Part shown: positions 51,976 through 64,000 of the stretch, one piece after another
Layout: each line of letters opens with the position of its first letter
Numbering within the stretch: the first letter of the stretch is position 1
Assembly: GCA_904063045.1 (NCBI GenBank)
Contig: CAJFCJ010000007.1
Location: forward strand, 492,819 to 556,818
DNA: 64,000 bases
Direction of reading: 5' to 3'
Origin: Dimorphilus gyrociliatus
Taxonomy: Eukaryota; Animalia; Annelida
The notes under the pieces: generated by a model
What the model was told of the DNA's origin: nothing
What the model saw: only the letters and a program-made list of their open reading frames with translations
Database searches by the model: none
Made by a program: the position numbers and the translations under genes

Positions 51976-54900
51976 ATGGCAATCATGAACTGTTGTCGTT
52001 GCTGCCCTAGAATCTCTCCTAATGATGATACTATTATTGTTTTGCAGTGGCGTAAACTTACTGAAAGTACATCTAACTTGACGACGGTGCCATCTAGCGG
52101 TTATAATCCTACGGACGATTCTTCGCCACCATCCCGTAAGTATTTCGGTTACTTCCCTTCGTCGTTCTTTACACACAATTATCTTATAACCTAGTTTACG
52201 TGGGGTAATATTAGTGATTTTGCGAAAAATTCTAACGCCCCTTACCACCACCGCTATACCACCACCTCTATTTACTTGTTCAAGTGTTATTTGGAAGTTT
52301 ATATAACACAAAAAAAAGAATAGGGAAAAAAAATCACGCGATCCCTTTGAGCGGTGAGGATAAAATTGATTACGCAATAATTTATACAAGTTGAGTTTAT
52401 CTCTTGATAAACTATTTTTATCTATTCCTTGGAAACGCTTATCTGATTATGTTTATAGGCGTGATGAAAAAGTTTACCCTTACGTATTAGGTATTTCCTA
52501 ACAGATCTATATGATTTTGACAATGTTTTTCCTTCTTTTGCCTTTACCGCCCCTTCCACTACACCTGGGGGCGACTCTCCAGAACAAACATAGTGAGAAA
52601 TATCAAATAAACGCCTTACTGAAATATGATATTGTTGTGTGAGCCAGTAATTCTCGCCTGAACTGTCTTTAACCTGACAGGAGGGTCACGTGATATAAAA
52701 ACTAAAGAGGTGCTCTGCGATCTTTCAACTCTTCTTAGAGTAAAAGAATTTATGGGTGGATGTGCGTTTGTGTATGAGCGTGTGTTTCTTATTTATATAA
52801 ACAAGGGCAATAATGAAAATTTTTGTCTATAAACTATCTAAACAAATATCAGATAAATATAAGAGAATAATTTCCAAATTACACTTAATTAGACGAAACT
52901 AAACCATATCTATAAAATCAGTGACTCACCTAACGAGGGTTTCTCTCTACAATTGAATATTTATGCATTAGATCCCACATTTCTTGTTCAATTAACTAGA
53001 TTAACCACTCTCATAAAATACAACATATCTAAGTGAGAGAGAGGAATAAAATATGTTCATAGTCGACTAAGTTATTCGCATATTGAATATATAAAAAGCT
53101 CTATTTTCACGGACATATAAAGCGAGTAAGTATGCTTTTTTCTAATTAGACTCGCTACGGCTATTCAATCGGTTGACACCAAAAAAAAGAAAGCTATGCG
53201 TGTGGAGGGTAAAATAATTCGGACCCTTCAAATTAAGTTGACTAATTAGGCGGAGGGGTTTTTTACAACTGTTAGACTATTTGAGTAGAGAAGAGGGAAA
53301 TGAATAAAATCTGTTGTAGAATCTTGAAAAGTAAAGCGTTTACATACGCTCTTCAAATTTGTTTGATCTCGATAAATCAGGGATAGCAAAGAATTTATTA
53401 AATATTATCTAGACGTATCCTTTCGTAAAGCGCAGGTGTAAAAGCAATACAAGCTTTTTCCCTGTAAGCCAACCAAAAGTTTCGAGTCATATGGCGGGCA
53501 GCTGTTGGAGCTGCTTTCAATTTCATAAATCCTTAGTTAGATAACTGATTTCCCTCAACATGTTACACCTTGTAATTAGTGTTAAATTATCGTATTTGAA
53601 TTAGTCTGCCAGGAGGAATAGACCTAATAGTTTTACGTTTTGGAAAGAGCCCAAAAGTAATAAAATATATTTTTAACAACGTTATGTTATTTAGCTGACG
53701 AAATTGTTTACATACACAGCTGTTGTACATCTTTACGGCCGAAAAAAGTTCTTTTTGTTAACCCTAACCCCAATTGTTGTCGTGCTGACAAGGAGAAATT
53801 TGTAAAAAAAAAAATATACGGAAAAAAGAGATCGTTTTTAATTTCCTTAGTAATGTAGAAAAAGAAGGAATAGAGCATAAACATATATTAACATATATAT
53901 TTAAAGAAAAGATATACAGAATGAGAAGAGAGAAAGACACACACATATACCACACAGGAAAAGATAGAAAGTAGAAAAGTTTATAGACATTTAAACTCTC
54001 TTACACGCGCGCAAATAACTTATATATATATGCATACACACACACACACACAAACTCCGACTCTCCAAACACTTGTTAGTAATACTAGGCCTTCGTTCTT
54101 ATAAAGATGAACTTCCATCAAGTGGGCGTGGCGGAGTTTCTTTACTAAACTGTTGACGTATTGTACGGTCTATTAAAAATAATTAGTAAATAGTTTTTTT
54201 TTACCATTTCCTTCTTTTGGAAATGTTTAGCATTGTAACTTTTATTGAACTAAGAGTACAAAGTTACAAAGATTAAACAGTTTGTCTTCTATAGTTTATT
54301 CATATGTAAAGCTATATAATAAATTACCCAATGTTTGTAATATGTACAGTACGTGCTCGTTTCTCGATCCATAATGTTCTTGATAGGAACATGAAAAGAA
54401 AAAAAGGAGTCAAACGGCAACAGCTGCCCGCTTCTCTTTCTTTTTTACGCCCTCGAAAAGAGCAGTTTTATTGACTCAGTCGGTTCCCTCGGCTACTGTA
54501 CACAGACGCGGCAGACGTACGCGCATATAGAAAGAAAAAAGGCGCGAATTTTAGATAAAAACCTAATCGGTAGGTTTTAAAGGAAAATATTTTGAAAAGC
54601 ATTAAGGGATAGGATTATTTACAATCAGGAAAAAGGTTGATGGAAGCTGAAGGCAAAGGGATTATTTTGTATTTTTAGACGCCTCCGGTTGTATTTTTAC
54701 AAGGGATTAAAAACATCCCGAGTCGCCGTCAACAATTCTAACGATTCCTTCAAGCTTCCCTTCGCAATAAACACAAAAAGTGTTTGATTGCACGCGCATG
54801 CACGTGACCCTTACCCTGCGTCACCTAGTGGTGAATAGATGAAACTTGCACAGCAAGCGGGCTGAGAAGAGCTTGCCGACTGGGGCGAGAGAAGGTTAGA

Positions 54901-57900
54901 GGAATGCTTTTCAGCCGAAAAAAGTTCGATATATTTATATTTATAGCCCTTCGACCTAATACTGACTAATTGGAGAATGATTGTATAAGGCAGGTCAGTA
55001 TTTATATATGATCAATAGCTAATTTACGGTTGACAATGAATACAACGAAATGCTGAGAGAGAGTAGAAAGAGATTTAGCGAGAAAGACAGAGGCGGAGAG
55101 AAAGAGAGAAATAAGAGAATACAGTATTAAATAGCTGCGCTTTTCTTTATGATTCGGCTGTCCAAAGTCTAAAGTGGTAACCTACTGGCATACGAAATTA
55201 TCAATCGACTTTTAGACTAATTATTGCCCGTGTTGGCGAAAATGAACTTATACAAATCGATGAAGCGACTGCGTTAAAGATTACGCAATTTGCCCTCAAT
55301 TGCATCCAGCGTTTCGCTACTCAATAGATACCCTTGACCAGTAAGTGACCATTGACCGAGTAGGCTTGTTTATATAGATTATTATACAGCATTCTTCTTA
55401 TCGATAAACACCCTTAAACGTCTCTCTTGTAGAGATAAAATACAAGGGCCATCATTTCTTGTTAAAACAGCCTTAAGTGAAGTGTACGAGGCCCCGCGAA
55501 ATAATTGCGTAACCAGTTTAAACAAAACTTTTCCTTTTCCCTCCAGTGTATGGATTTTTCTCTGTGCTCTTACTATTAACCTTTTAACAGCTTTAGCTGC
55601 CATTTATTGTATGTTTTCATTTGTTTACAACTTGTCAAATACAGTCGCCATCGTCCGGGAAAATGACGAGGTAGACCGCAGAATGGAGACAAATATAGAT
55701 TCTTGTAAAAAGAGGCCATTGAGTATTACATCGACGACGTCTTCCACTACGTCATCACTTCCTCGGCATCAGAAGAAGAAGTTAGCGCCTTTCGACTTGT
55801 CAATGACTTCCTATATTCAGAATATCTCCTCTGAAATCGTTCGCACAGAAGAGACGTTCGCTAACGATTTGAAGCAGATTATCGACGTAAGTCATCTGTT
55901 ATGGATTAACTTCACTCCATTTCTACCTAATCTCTATCTATCTGAATTTTTTCTTGTTTTTATCTGATTAGGCTTACCTAATACCCCTTCGCTCGACATG
56001 TGATCTTTCAAATGAATTGACGGATTCAATGTTTTGCAATATTGAAGAACTATACGACTTTAGTCAATCGTTATTAGCTGAAATGAAAGATGTTATATCG
56101 GAACCTGCCGAATTGGCTGACATTTTCGTAAGAAGGTGCCAAGAATTCGATGACATCTACTTTCCTTATTGCTCAAACTTTCAAAGAGCTTCTGCTGCTT
56201 GGAATAGGTGCCTTTGTAATCCGACTCATAACAGAACATTAATGAGTTTAAAAGTTCAACATGGTCATACGTTCAATTTACACGATTACTTATTGAAACC
56301 AGTGCAAAGGATCCTCAAATATCCTTTATTGCTTTCTAATATGAGTCAGAAGGCTGATGAAGATTTAAAGCCAAGGATTATGGCTGCTCACTTAGCTATG
56401 CAAAACGTCGCTGCCAAATTAAACAATTTCAATAGCCAATTGAATTTATACAGTCAGATACCGGAAGCTTACAAGTATGGAAAAATCATTAATTTCGGTT
56501 TGTTAAGAGTACTAGATGTCAAGGGTCAACGAAGCGTGTATCTCTTTGAGAAAGCGTTACTTGTTGCAAAAAAGAAGGACGATGAATTCTTAAATGATAA
56601 ACTTATTATTGAATTTAGAAATTTAACTATGTGCGAAGTCGTACCGGAAGGAAATTTGTTCTTTCGTGTCTTTCATTTTCAAAAACCGGAAGTATCAATA
56701 ACATTTAAAGCATCTTCAAAGTGTGAAAAGAAAAAATGGTGCGATCAGATAAAAGAACGAATGATGGTAACGTTCGAAAAGAAATTACCAGACCATGTTC
56801 TAAGTCTAGTAATGAACATGGGTCCAATCGAAAAAGAAAATCGATCATCAACAGCCAACTCTTCGTCATCCAAAAGGTTGACTCTACGCCGAATGAGTAC
56901 TACTTTACTACCTGGTAAAGTTTTTATTACACGCACTAAAATACTTTACTTTTTTCGCTCTTTTTTTTTTTTATTTTATTTATTGCTATTGTTTGTTTTA
57001 GACGGGCTATTTCGTAATTTTCGTTCACCTACAACTGGTAGTTTAAAACGCGATGTTAACGTTGATATAACGGTAGGCCTAGTTTATTAATCTTTTTCAA
57101 ATCTGTGCCTTATCTCTAACCAGACGTAAATAACTTCCAGTCTCCGATGCCTCAAGGGCGAGCGTTCTTGAAGAGTCACTGGTCAGAGAGTGGATTAATA
57201 ACTTTACAAAAAAAGCCTGGTCTGAGGAGAAGCAAAAGTTTTGAAAGCATAGAAAATTTATGTAATTTTTCTAGGCCTGATAGGGCAACTGGAGAAGGAG
57301 AAAAAAAAACGATAGAGGATACGGTCACGTTGTTTGCCGACGATTGTTTAACAGATGAAGAGCAGGCAAATGATACCGATCAAACTGATAACACTAATAC
57401 TCATTTAGCTGTTTCGGAAGATTTAGACGAAGAGGAGAGTCGAAGTGATGAAGAAGTAAAGAAGAATGAAGATCAATTACGAAGAAAATCGTGGACGTGT
57501 AAGGATAGTAGTAAAGAATGCAATGGAAAAGCCGAACGACGGAGAAGTACAATTGCCGATTCTAACTCTTCTCTATCGAAAAAGGAAGAAAGTGGAAAGC
57601 CTAATAGGAAAAACCGTCTCTTCAAAAAAGTAACCTCAAGACCAGCCGTTATGGGCGAGTCTCGCGTAGGAGAAAGGATGGCTGTTAACGATCCTCCTTC
57701 CTATGGACCTTATACTTTGGAACGGCGTCGAAAAGATAAAGTTCCTGATTCAGAATGCTCTTCTAGTCAACCACTCAAAATTGACAAGCCTAGTTCCCAG
57801 TCAATAGAAAAGAATAAGGAAAAGGCTTACGAGATTCCTTTCGTCGAAACATCCCATTTGCAACTTGAAGAGAAGTCTAAAGTTCCGCAGGATACGGAAG

Positions 57901-58364
57901 AAACGTCTGGGCAATCTCTCTTTTCAAATGAAACTCCAGACAAAGGAGAAAATAGCTGCAGTTCTACATTCGATATATACGAAAAGTGCCTCGTAGCCGC
58001 TTTAGAATCAAGCGATTCCGGCTATAATATTCACGAAGATAATGAAGAAACGGACACGGTTCAGAAGACTCGGAGTCAAAACCCATCTCGTGTTAAAAGG
58101 GCATTGAGCGTTTTCGAAACTAGGCCATCGCGAAACGGAATTCCTCTGTGTCAAGGTTGGGCGGGATCCAGTGATGATTCTGCCATTTCAGTAAAGAGTC
58201 TAACCGATAGGAAAAAAGAATTTGAACTTGCAACCTTCCCTTTTGACGGAAAGAGGGAAAACAATTTTGTTGAGGAAACTCGCAAAGGGTGGGTTAGGCA
58301 TGTCGTTGATAGAATAGAATTATTAGAGTGTGGTGAAGTGACTAACTCTGATTCTGAAGTGTAA
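51976..58364 (+). CDS. PLEKHG1: DH-PH RhoGEF of the PLEKHG1/2/3 family
   Basis: RPLSITSTTSS N-terminal motif, DH (EIVRTEETFANDL...YLLKPVQRILKYPLLL), PH (RSVYLFEKALLVAKK...KKKWCDQIK) and a long low-complexity tail. The first exon 51976-52135 is inferred from phase-1 compatibility with the exon at 55645. Paralog assignment is uncertain. Confidence 0.85.
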
Positions 58365-58690
58365 AAAAAAAAAAAATAATACTAAATGAAATGAGAAAGA
58401 AATTCTCCTTTAGTCCAATTTAATTCCTTTCATTTTTGTTTATTCTGCCGTGCTTGCTTTAACAATTTTCTGGAGAAAAAAAAATATACTATGTTCTACT
58501 GATTATCTCGTTTCAGGGCCAACAAATGTTGCAACCTCAAAAGTCATGAGAAACATCTCTAAAACAACCCCTCCCTTTAAAAAAAGAAAGAAAAAAAGGT
58601 GCTAAAAACAATTGAGTGATTGTAAAGAAAAAAAACTAGCAAAAATAATAAAAAAAAACGGTTAATACTGAGTAAAGATTGGTTGGGAAG

Positions 58691-58714
58691 AAGAGAGAGA
58701 GAGAGAGAGAGAGA
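58691..58714. repeat. (GA)n microsatellite in the RhoGEF 3' region
   Basis: Direct reading. Confidence 0.85.
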
Positions 58715-60153
58715 GCATGGAGAAAAAAGGAAAGGAGGGGTGGGGGGTGATAAAGAGTATGCATGGGGTAGAAGAAAGAGTGTTTAAGTACGTGAGTGAA
58801 AAAAAATAAGAGAGAACGAGAGAGGAAGAAGGGGAGATTTTTTTTACCAGAATAAGAAAGTTTACAGCCATTTTAAAAGTTTCCTATACAGAGAAGTGAA
58901 TAGTATTATTGAAGAATTAAACGTATAGTTGTTTAGTTGCTTTTTTTTTTTGGTGAGTGATTCTCTCTGCTATATGTTTTTTTTTACGACATTTTTAAAT
59001 AAAGTCATTTCCTTTAAATTTCTACTTTTCCCAGTTTAATTGGTAACTATTCAGGGTAATAAAAATTTCAATTTGTTAGGTTTTTATTGTTATAGAGATA
59101 TATATATGAATATATATAGGGTAATGGAAAGGAAAAAATTAGTTTTTTTGAGGTGGAGGAGGGGGGTGTAGGCTAAACTGGGCGGTGAGTGAGAGATAGG
59201 CGGTATAATGTTATATTATATAGAATAATAAGATATAATATAAAAATACAAGGATTTTCCTTCCTGTCTTCGATACTCGATAAAAAATGTGTTAGATTTG
59301 CGGTAAGGGAACAATTCGTTCGTAAACCGATACGGTCGGTAGTTTGTTTAGATATACGTGCGTGTAGGGTAGCCTTATACTATTGATAAATATGTATAAT
59401 GTATTATATGTACAAGCAGTGTATAAAATAACAGCTATAAATTTATATATGGCATGGGATGTTTTACGGGTGGGCCATTGAAAATAGAGTTGTTTCTTCG
59501 GGTCGATAGTCACGACACGGACAAATAATCGTCTATTTTCATTCTCTATCACGGTTCCACGACCCCTTTCCAATAGCTTTTAGCATAGGGTGCAATTGAT
59601 AGAGATTTTAATACGGGCTCAATCGCACTTTAACAATATATCAATCATCCTTGGTCAACCGATCGGATAATTTCAATTGTCAGAGTGTTAGAGGTGTTGT
59701 ATTCCCTTTTCTTATCATTCCGACTATATACGCCTAACCATTTACATAGCTGCTCTGAATACCGCATTCTTATAAGATTTCCTTTCACTTAGCTCTACAG
59801 GAACTCGTTGCAGCTATGTTTACCTTAATTAACAAAGCTTGAAGAGAACAACGCCAGATGGAGTTGTAGTCCAAAAAACAAGACAAAATTTAAAAGCTCC
59901 ATCTAGCGATAAAACAATAAAAAACTTGAAAATTCAATGGCACATTTCAACAGAAAATGTTTGCTTTGTTTTTAAATATTTTTTTTATTTTTTATAATTT
60001 TATTTTTACCTAAACAATCTATAAACTCAAACAATTAACCATTTATGAATAGTTTGTCTTTTTTGTGTTTTTAAAGGTGTTTGTTTTCTCTTAAATTACT
60101 TGTAAATTATTTTTTGTCTTAAATATTAATTATTATATCTTCCTCTTTGCTTT

Positions 60154-60795
60154 TTAATTCTTCTTTGTCTTGATCTGTTCGTACTTCGACTTTGAATTAT
60201 ACCAGAGCATAAATGGAATGGCCAAGGACGGTAAGCACATAACAGTAAACGCCAACCAATCTAGGTAGTGAGGCGAGTATTTTCGGTCATAATCTTGGAA
60301 GGCGATGATCCTTCCTAGACCTGGAGCCGACGTACTACCCAGGGTTTCTTTTGTATCTTTTTCAGATGCCAAATAACTAACTTCAGCCGATGTAAAGTTG
60401 AACATGCCGTCACTTTTAGGTTTAAGTATAACTACGTGAGTTACATTTGATCCTGGGGCGATACGAGCCCAAGAAACCTGTAAGCTACCGCTAACAACTT
60501 CGAATTGATCGGCGGGGAAAGTATTATCTGTCAACTGAACTTTCAAAGCCGAGCTGTTGGGAAGACGTTACGCATGGTTAGAAGAATCGATTGTTGAAAT
60601 GCCAGATTTATTTTTGTTAATTTCTTCTTACCTTTTGCCCATATTAAATAGAACATATTCAACAGTAACCTCCCTGCTCTCAACAAGCATGTTATTCAAA
60701 ACGGATTTCGATGCAAGGATTCGACCTCTGGATTCTTCCAACTCTTCGGAGTAAACGATTGCCACCAAAGCGGCCAAAAACAAAATTGACTTCAT
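60154..60795 (-). CDS. SSR2: Translocon-associated protein subunit beta (TRAP-beta), 2 coding exons
   Basis: Signal peptide, RILASKSVLNNMLVESREVTVEYVLFN, WARIAPGSNVTHVVIL, TSAPG, DRKYSPHYLDW and a TM helix followed by YNSKSKYE. Confidence 0.97.
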
Positions 60796-63625
60796 CTGTG
60801 AAAAGTATATTCTATAAATAAGAAAGCTTTTCGGAATTTAAATTTATTGGTTTTATGAAATGTATGTCACTACTTTGAAAGTATGAAAATGAATCGACTA
60901 CCTTCCAGCAATCTCTTCTAAATTGAGGATGATCGACACGCGTCAAGTCGTCAGCAGGAAACGGAAAAATAGAAATAGACGTGTTATTTTACAAAACTGG
61001 TAGTACTTGGACATCGTCTTTTATTGAGAATACAATTCGATAATAGAAATATTGTGCACCAAAAATATAAAAGTTGGTTATCTATTAAACTAGAATTTTT
61101 TCAAGTACATATCTCATAGATCTCATACCATCAACGCATCGACTGAATAATAAATGACCACTTGGTAAGCTATTTGGAACGAGTTTGAAGATATAAAATA
61201 TTTTCTGATGTTATAATAAAAAGATGTATTAAATTAGTAGAAACTTAATATTCTATATGTCACTTATTTCTTGATTCATAAATTGAAAATACTTAGTGTA
61301 GTATTCTAGTTACCTAATCTGTTTAAACAGAGACAGACACTGTTCTAGTATAAACATTCAATTACTCTCTCTCTCTTTTTTAGTCTCTCTTATAAGATTA
61401 TTCAAAAGATATATATATATATATATAGTTATATACAATATAACTGTTCATATTTCATTAAGTGTGTTTCGTAAATTATTACATTTTTTAAAAATATAAC
61501 AGAAATAATAAGTAATTCGATCATCAATTAAAATGCTCAATGAAAAGGGGAACACTATACGTCGTAAAGTTAATTTAAATTAGAAACAACGTAGAATTAA
61601 TAAAATATATATTATTACTATCCTACGTAGTTAAATCATAACGTACTTGTATAATTTTTATTTACATTTTAAAACAAAAGGCTAAGGTCGATTGTTTGAT
61701 GATTTACAACTTCAATTGTTATTGAAAACTCCTTGAATTTTCTTTTTTTTTAAATGTTTCCAAACTTTGTTTTTTATTTCACAATGTTTAATTAGTGTAT
61801 GCTGATAAAAAAGAAGGAAAAATGTTCTATTTTTTAATCCTCTACTACTTTTAAATCTTATCTCTCTTTTTGCTACATAAGATACTCTAAAAGAAGTACT
61901 AAAAATATTTACGAAATATTTCATGAGTCATACTTATAATACTTGTAATATTAAATATTATAAGTATATATTTTATCAATTATTAAACTTATGTATGAGA
62001 TTTTAAATAATTCAAAAGATATTCACAAGATAAAGTAAATATCAGGTTTATACAATTAAAGAACTAAAGGTTTTCTCAAACTATGATAAATACTAGGGAT
62101 TGCATATTCTATTAACATATATATTGCTGAGCAGCTTAGCTTAAGAGGAAACTAATATTCTTTTGTTGATATGAAATACAGCATCGAATAGGCAAAGCGT
62201 TCCTAAGGGCTGGCGAAAACGGGTATTAATTGCGAACTCTACATTACATTTTAAAGCCTAAGTCTAACGTCTAATCAGCAAATGTTATAAGAAATATCTT
62301 TTATTAAAAGGAGATAATAAGTTTGTTTATTAGAAGAGGCCATGACATGTGAATATTAGTGTAAGTTGCTCATTTTTTATATGAGATTTATTGTACAGAG
62401 AGCGGAGTTTGGCTGTAGTTTGTATGAGTTTGCCATAATGTTTATTATAAACATACTCTGTTTTTGAAATATTAAACATCGAGATTTTCATTTTGCACTT
62501 GTACGATAAAAATCTATTATTTCATACTTTTCACCTGGTTTAATGATGTACAACGATTTATTGTCATTGATAGAATCAATGTTTTCTATTCTCCTTGAAC
62601 CAATTTCTTTTAATGCATATAATTTGTCCGTGTGTTTTATTTTAATTATAATACGTACATGTAATATTGCATTTATTTTTTATTTTGTAATTTTAAATTA
62701 TATTTTTATTAATAATGAATAGGTTAAAAACCTAAAACTCCTTACATATGCCATAATCGATCAATAAAACCCGCTGCCACCCCCTTGGACTAGTCCATAA
62801 GGGTAGAACAGATTCATGTTCTATACAATTGCAAAGATATGATACACTGATTGCTGGATATTAAATACTGCTCAATTTTATAACAGTTAGTTTTTATTTA
62901 ATGTCGATTAGGAATTGTGTTATCTGAAAATGTTTGTCATATAAAATGATGCTTGCGTGGGCGTGGATTTATAGGAAAAGCGTAGCTGAATGAGAAGGAT
63001 ATAGCATATGTAATATGTTTTTACCTGAGTTAAGCGGACTGCAAACAACTACTCCACACTTTGGATAAGGGATATTGTTTGTGTTAACTTTTCCTTGTTT
63101 TTAATCCCGAAAACAACGATTTTACTAAACTCATAGCCGTTGTAAAACAGACGGCATATGTTTTTGTATGCAACAGCATGTTATAGCTGGATTCTTGATT
63201 AATAATTATATTTTGTATATGAAATATCACGAAAATAGCGAAAATTTTCTTAAAATTTATTCAAACTTGCTTTTGGCATATGCGTATATAAGTCAACAAA
63301 TGTATGCAGTAAATATATATATATATATATATACTGTATATATTACAATTGCTGCTGTATAGAATAGCAATGATAACTATTAAAATTATACATATATCTC
63401 CTGAATATTTACTGTACTGCATTTTTATTTATTCAATATGCATATGCAACTGCAAATTTATGATATAATGATAAAATATTAATAGTACTTTATTTTTTTT
63501 TTCACCTCTTTTTACAGACGTTTAGAATGGTCTTGCATAACTGACTGGCTTGAATTTAAATTAATAAATAAATAAAAATAATCGTAAAAAGTTATTAGGG
63601 AACGAAAGTATAAACATAAAAAATC

Positions 63626-64000
63626 ATGCAAAGGATATTATTCATAATCTTTTACGCAACTTGGATTCTTTTACATAATGTTTACGGTACTATAACTGGT
63701 AGAAAAGGTACTCAATTTTCAACAGCTGAATCTGAAGAGAAAATTTTAATGCCTGGTGTCCATCCATCAGTTGTAAGCCGAGATTGTTATTAATGATATT
63801 ACTTTTTCTAATATTTTATTTATTCTCCTAGGAAGATGAATATTTTTGCATCGGAAAAAAACTACACAATTATGAACAATATATAAGTTAGTTTTTGTGT
63901 TTGACTACATTATTTCATAGTCTCAACTGTTTTTAATCTTATCTTTTACATTTAGCATCGTTCGAAGCTTTGGGAAATTCAACGTCTATCCATCATCTAC
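63626..64000 (+). CDS. PAM: Peptidylglycine alpha-hydroxylating monooxygenase (PHM/PAM), 5' part
   Basis: Signal peptide MQRILFIIFYATWILLHNVYG. Three exons splice in frame to ILMPGVHPSVEDEYFCIGKKLHNYEQYITSFEALGNSTSIHHL, matching PHM MPGVTP..SDTYFC...VHHMLLFGC with the CuH His-His pair. It is truncated by the window end, so monofunctional PHM versus bifunctional PAM is unknown. Confidence 0.85.

Noticed and set aside
53759-53770. TAACCCTAACCC, two telomeric repeats, a possible telomerase RNA template
   Set aside because: No pseudoknot, CR4/5 or H/ACA-like structure is visible downstream and the flanks are A/T runs. A short match like this is plausible by chance.
59292-59573. 93-aa minus-strand ORF starting at TTG
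   Set aside because: No ATG, no recognisable domain, no convincing in-frame upstream exon, and an AT-rich low-complexity second half.
62943-62990. ATGATG...CTGA resembling a C/D snoRNA
   Set aside because: The C box is imperfect and the element is too short. The GGGCGTGG plus TTTATA content fits a PAM promoter better.

Overview
Gene-dense, AT-rich animal genomic DNA with mostly 50-70 nt GT-AG introns. I can support about 19 protein-coding genes: LANCL3-like (partial), C22orf39/UPF0545, WIPI2/Atg18, a divergent SAM synthetase, PDIA3/ERp57, a 110-aa unknown, EIF3B, a very long CENP-T-like protein, RPS15A, PTPN9, HGS, inorganic pyrophosphatase, a 6x Methyltransf_FA-domain membrane protein, a kinin neuropeptide precursor, VPS13A/C-type, PHF5A, a PLEKHG1/3-type RhoGEF, SSR2 and PHM/PAM (partial). 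The compact layout and FxxWA-amide kinins suggest a lophotrochozoan with a miniaturised genome, e.g. a meiofaunal annelid such as Dimorphilus (inference only). The strongest observations are four. (1) PDIA3 has two tandem homologous 121-nt exons that can only be used mutually exclusively. (2) The intact SAM synthetase ORF has the catalytic His replaced by Asn and has lost the adenine/methionine-binding loop, making it a candidate pseudoenzyme. (3) Two intronic snoRNAs are recognisable from structure and guide sequences: an H/ACA in the pyrophosphatase gene matching the 18S m1acp3-psi site, and a C/D in RPS15A matching the 18S Gm1328-equivalent site. (4) A type I membrane protein is built from six tandem FAMeT-like domains. 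No tRNA, rRNA, CRISPR array or intact transposon was seen. All exon structures were spliced by eye, and all homologies come from recalled family motifs, not database searches.
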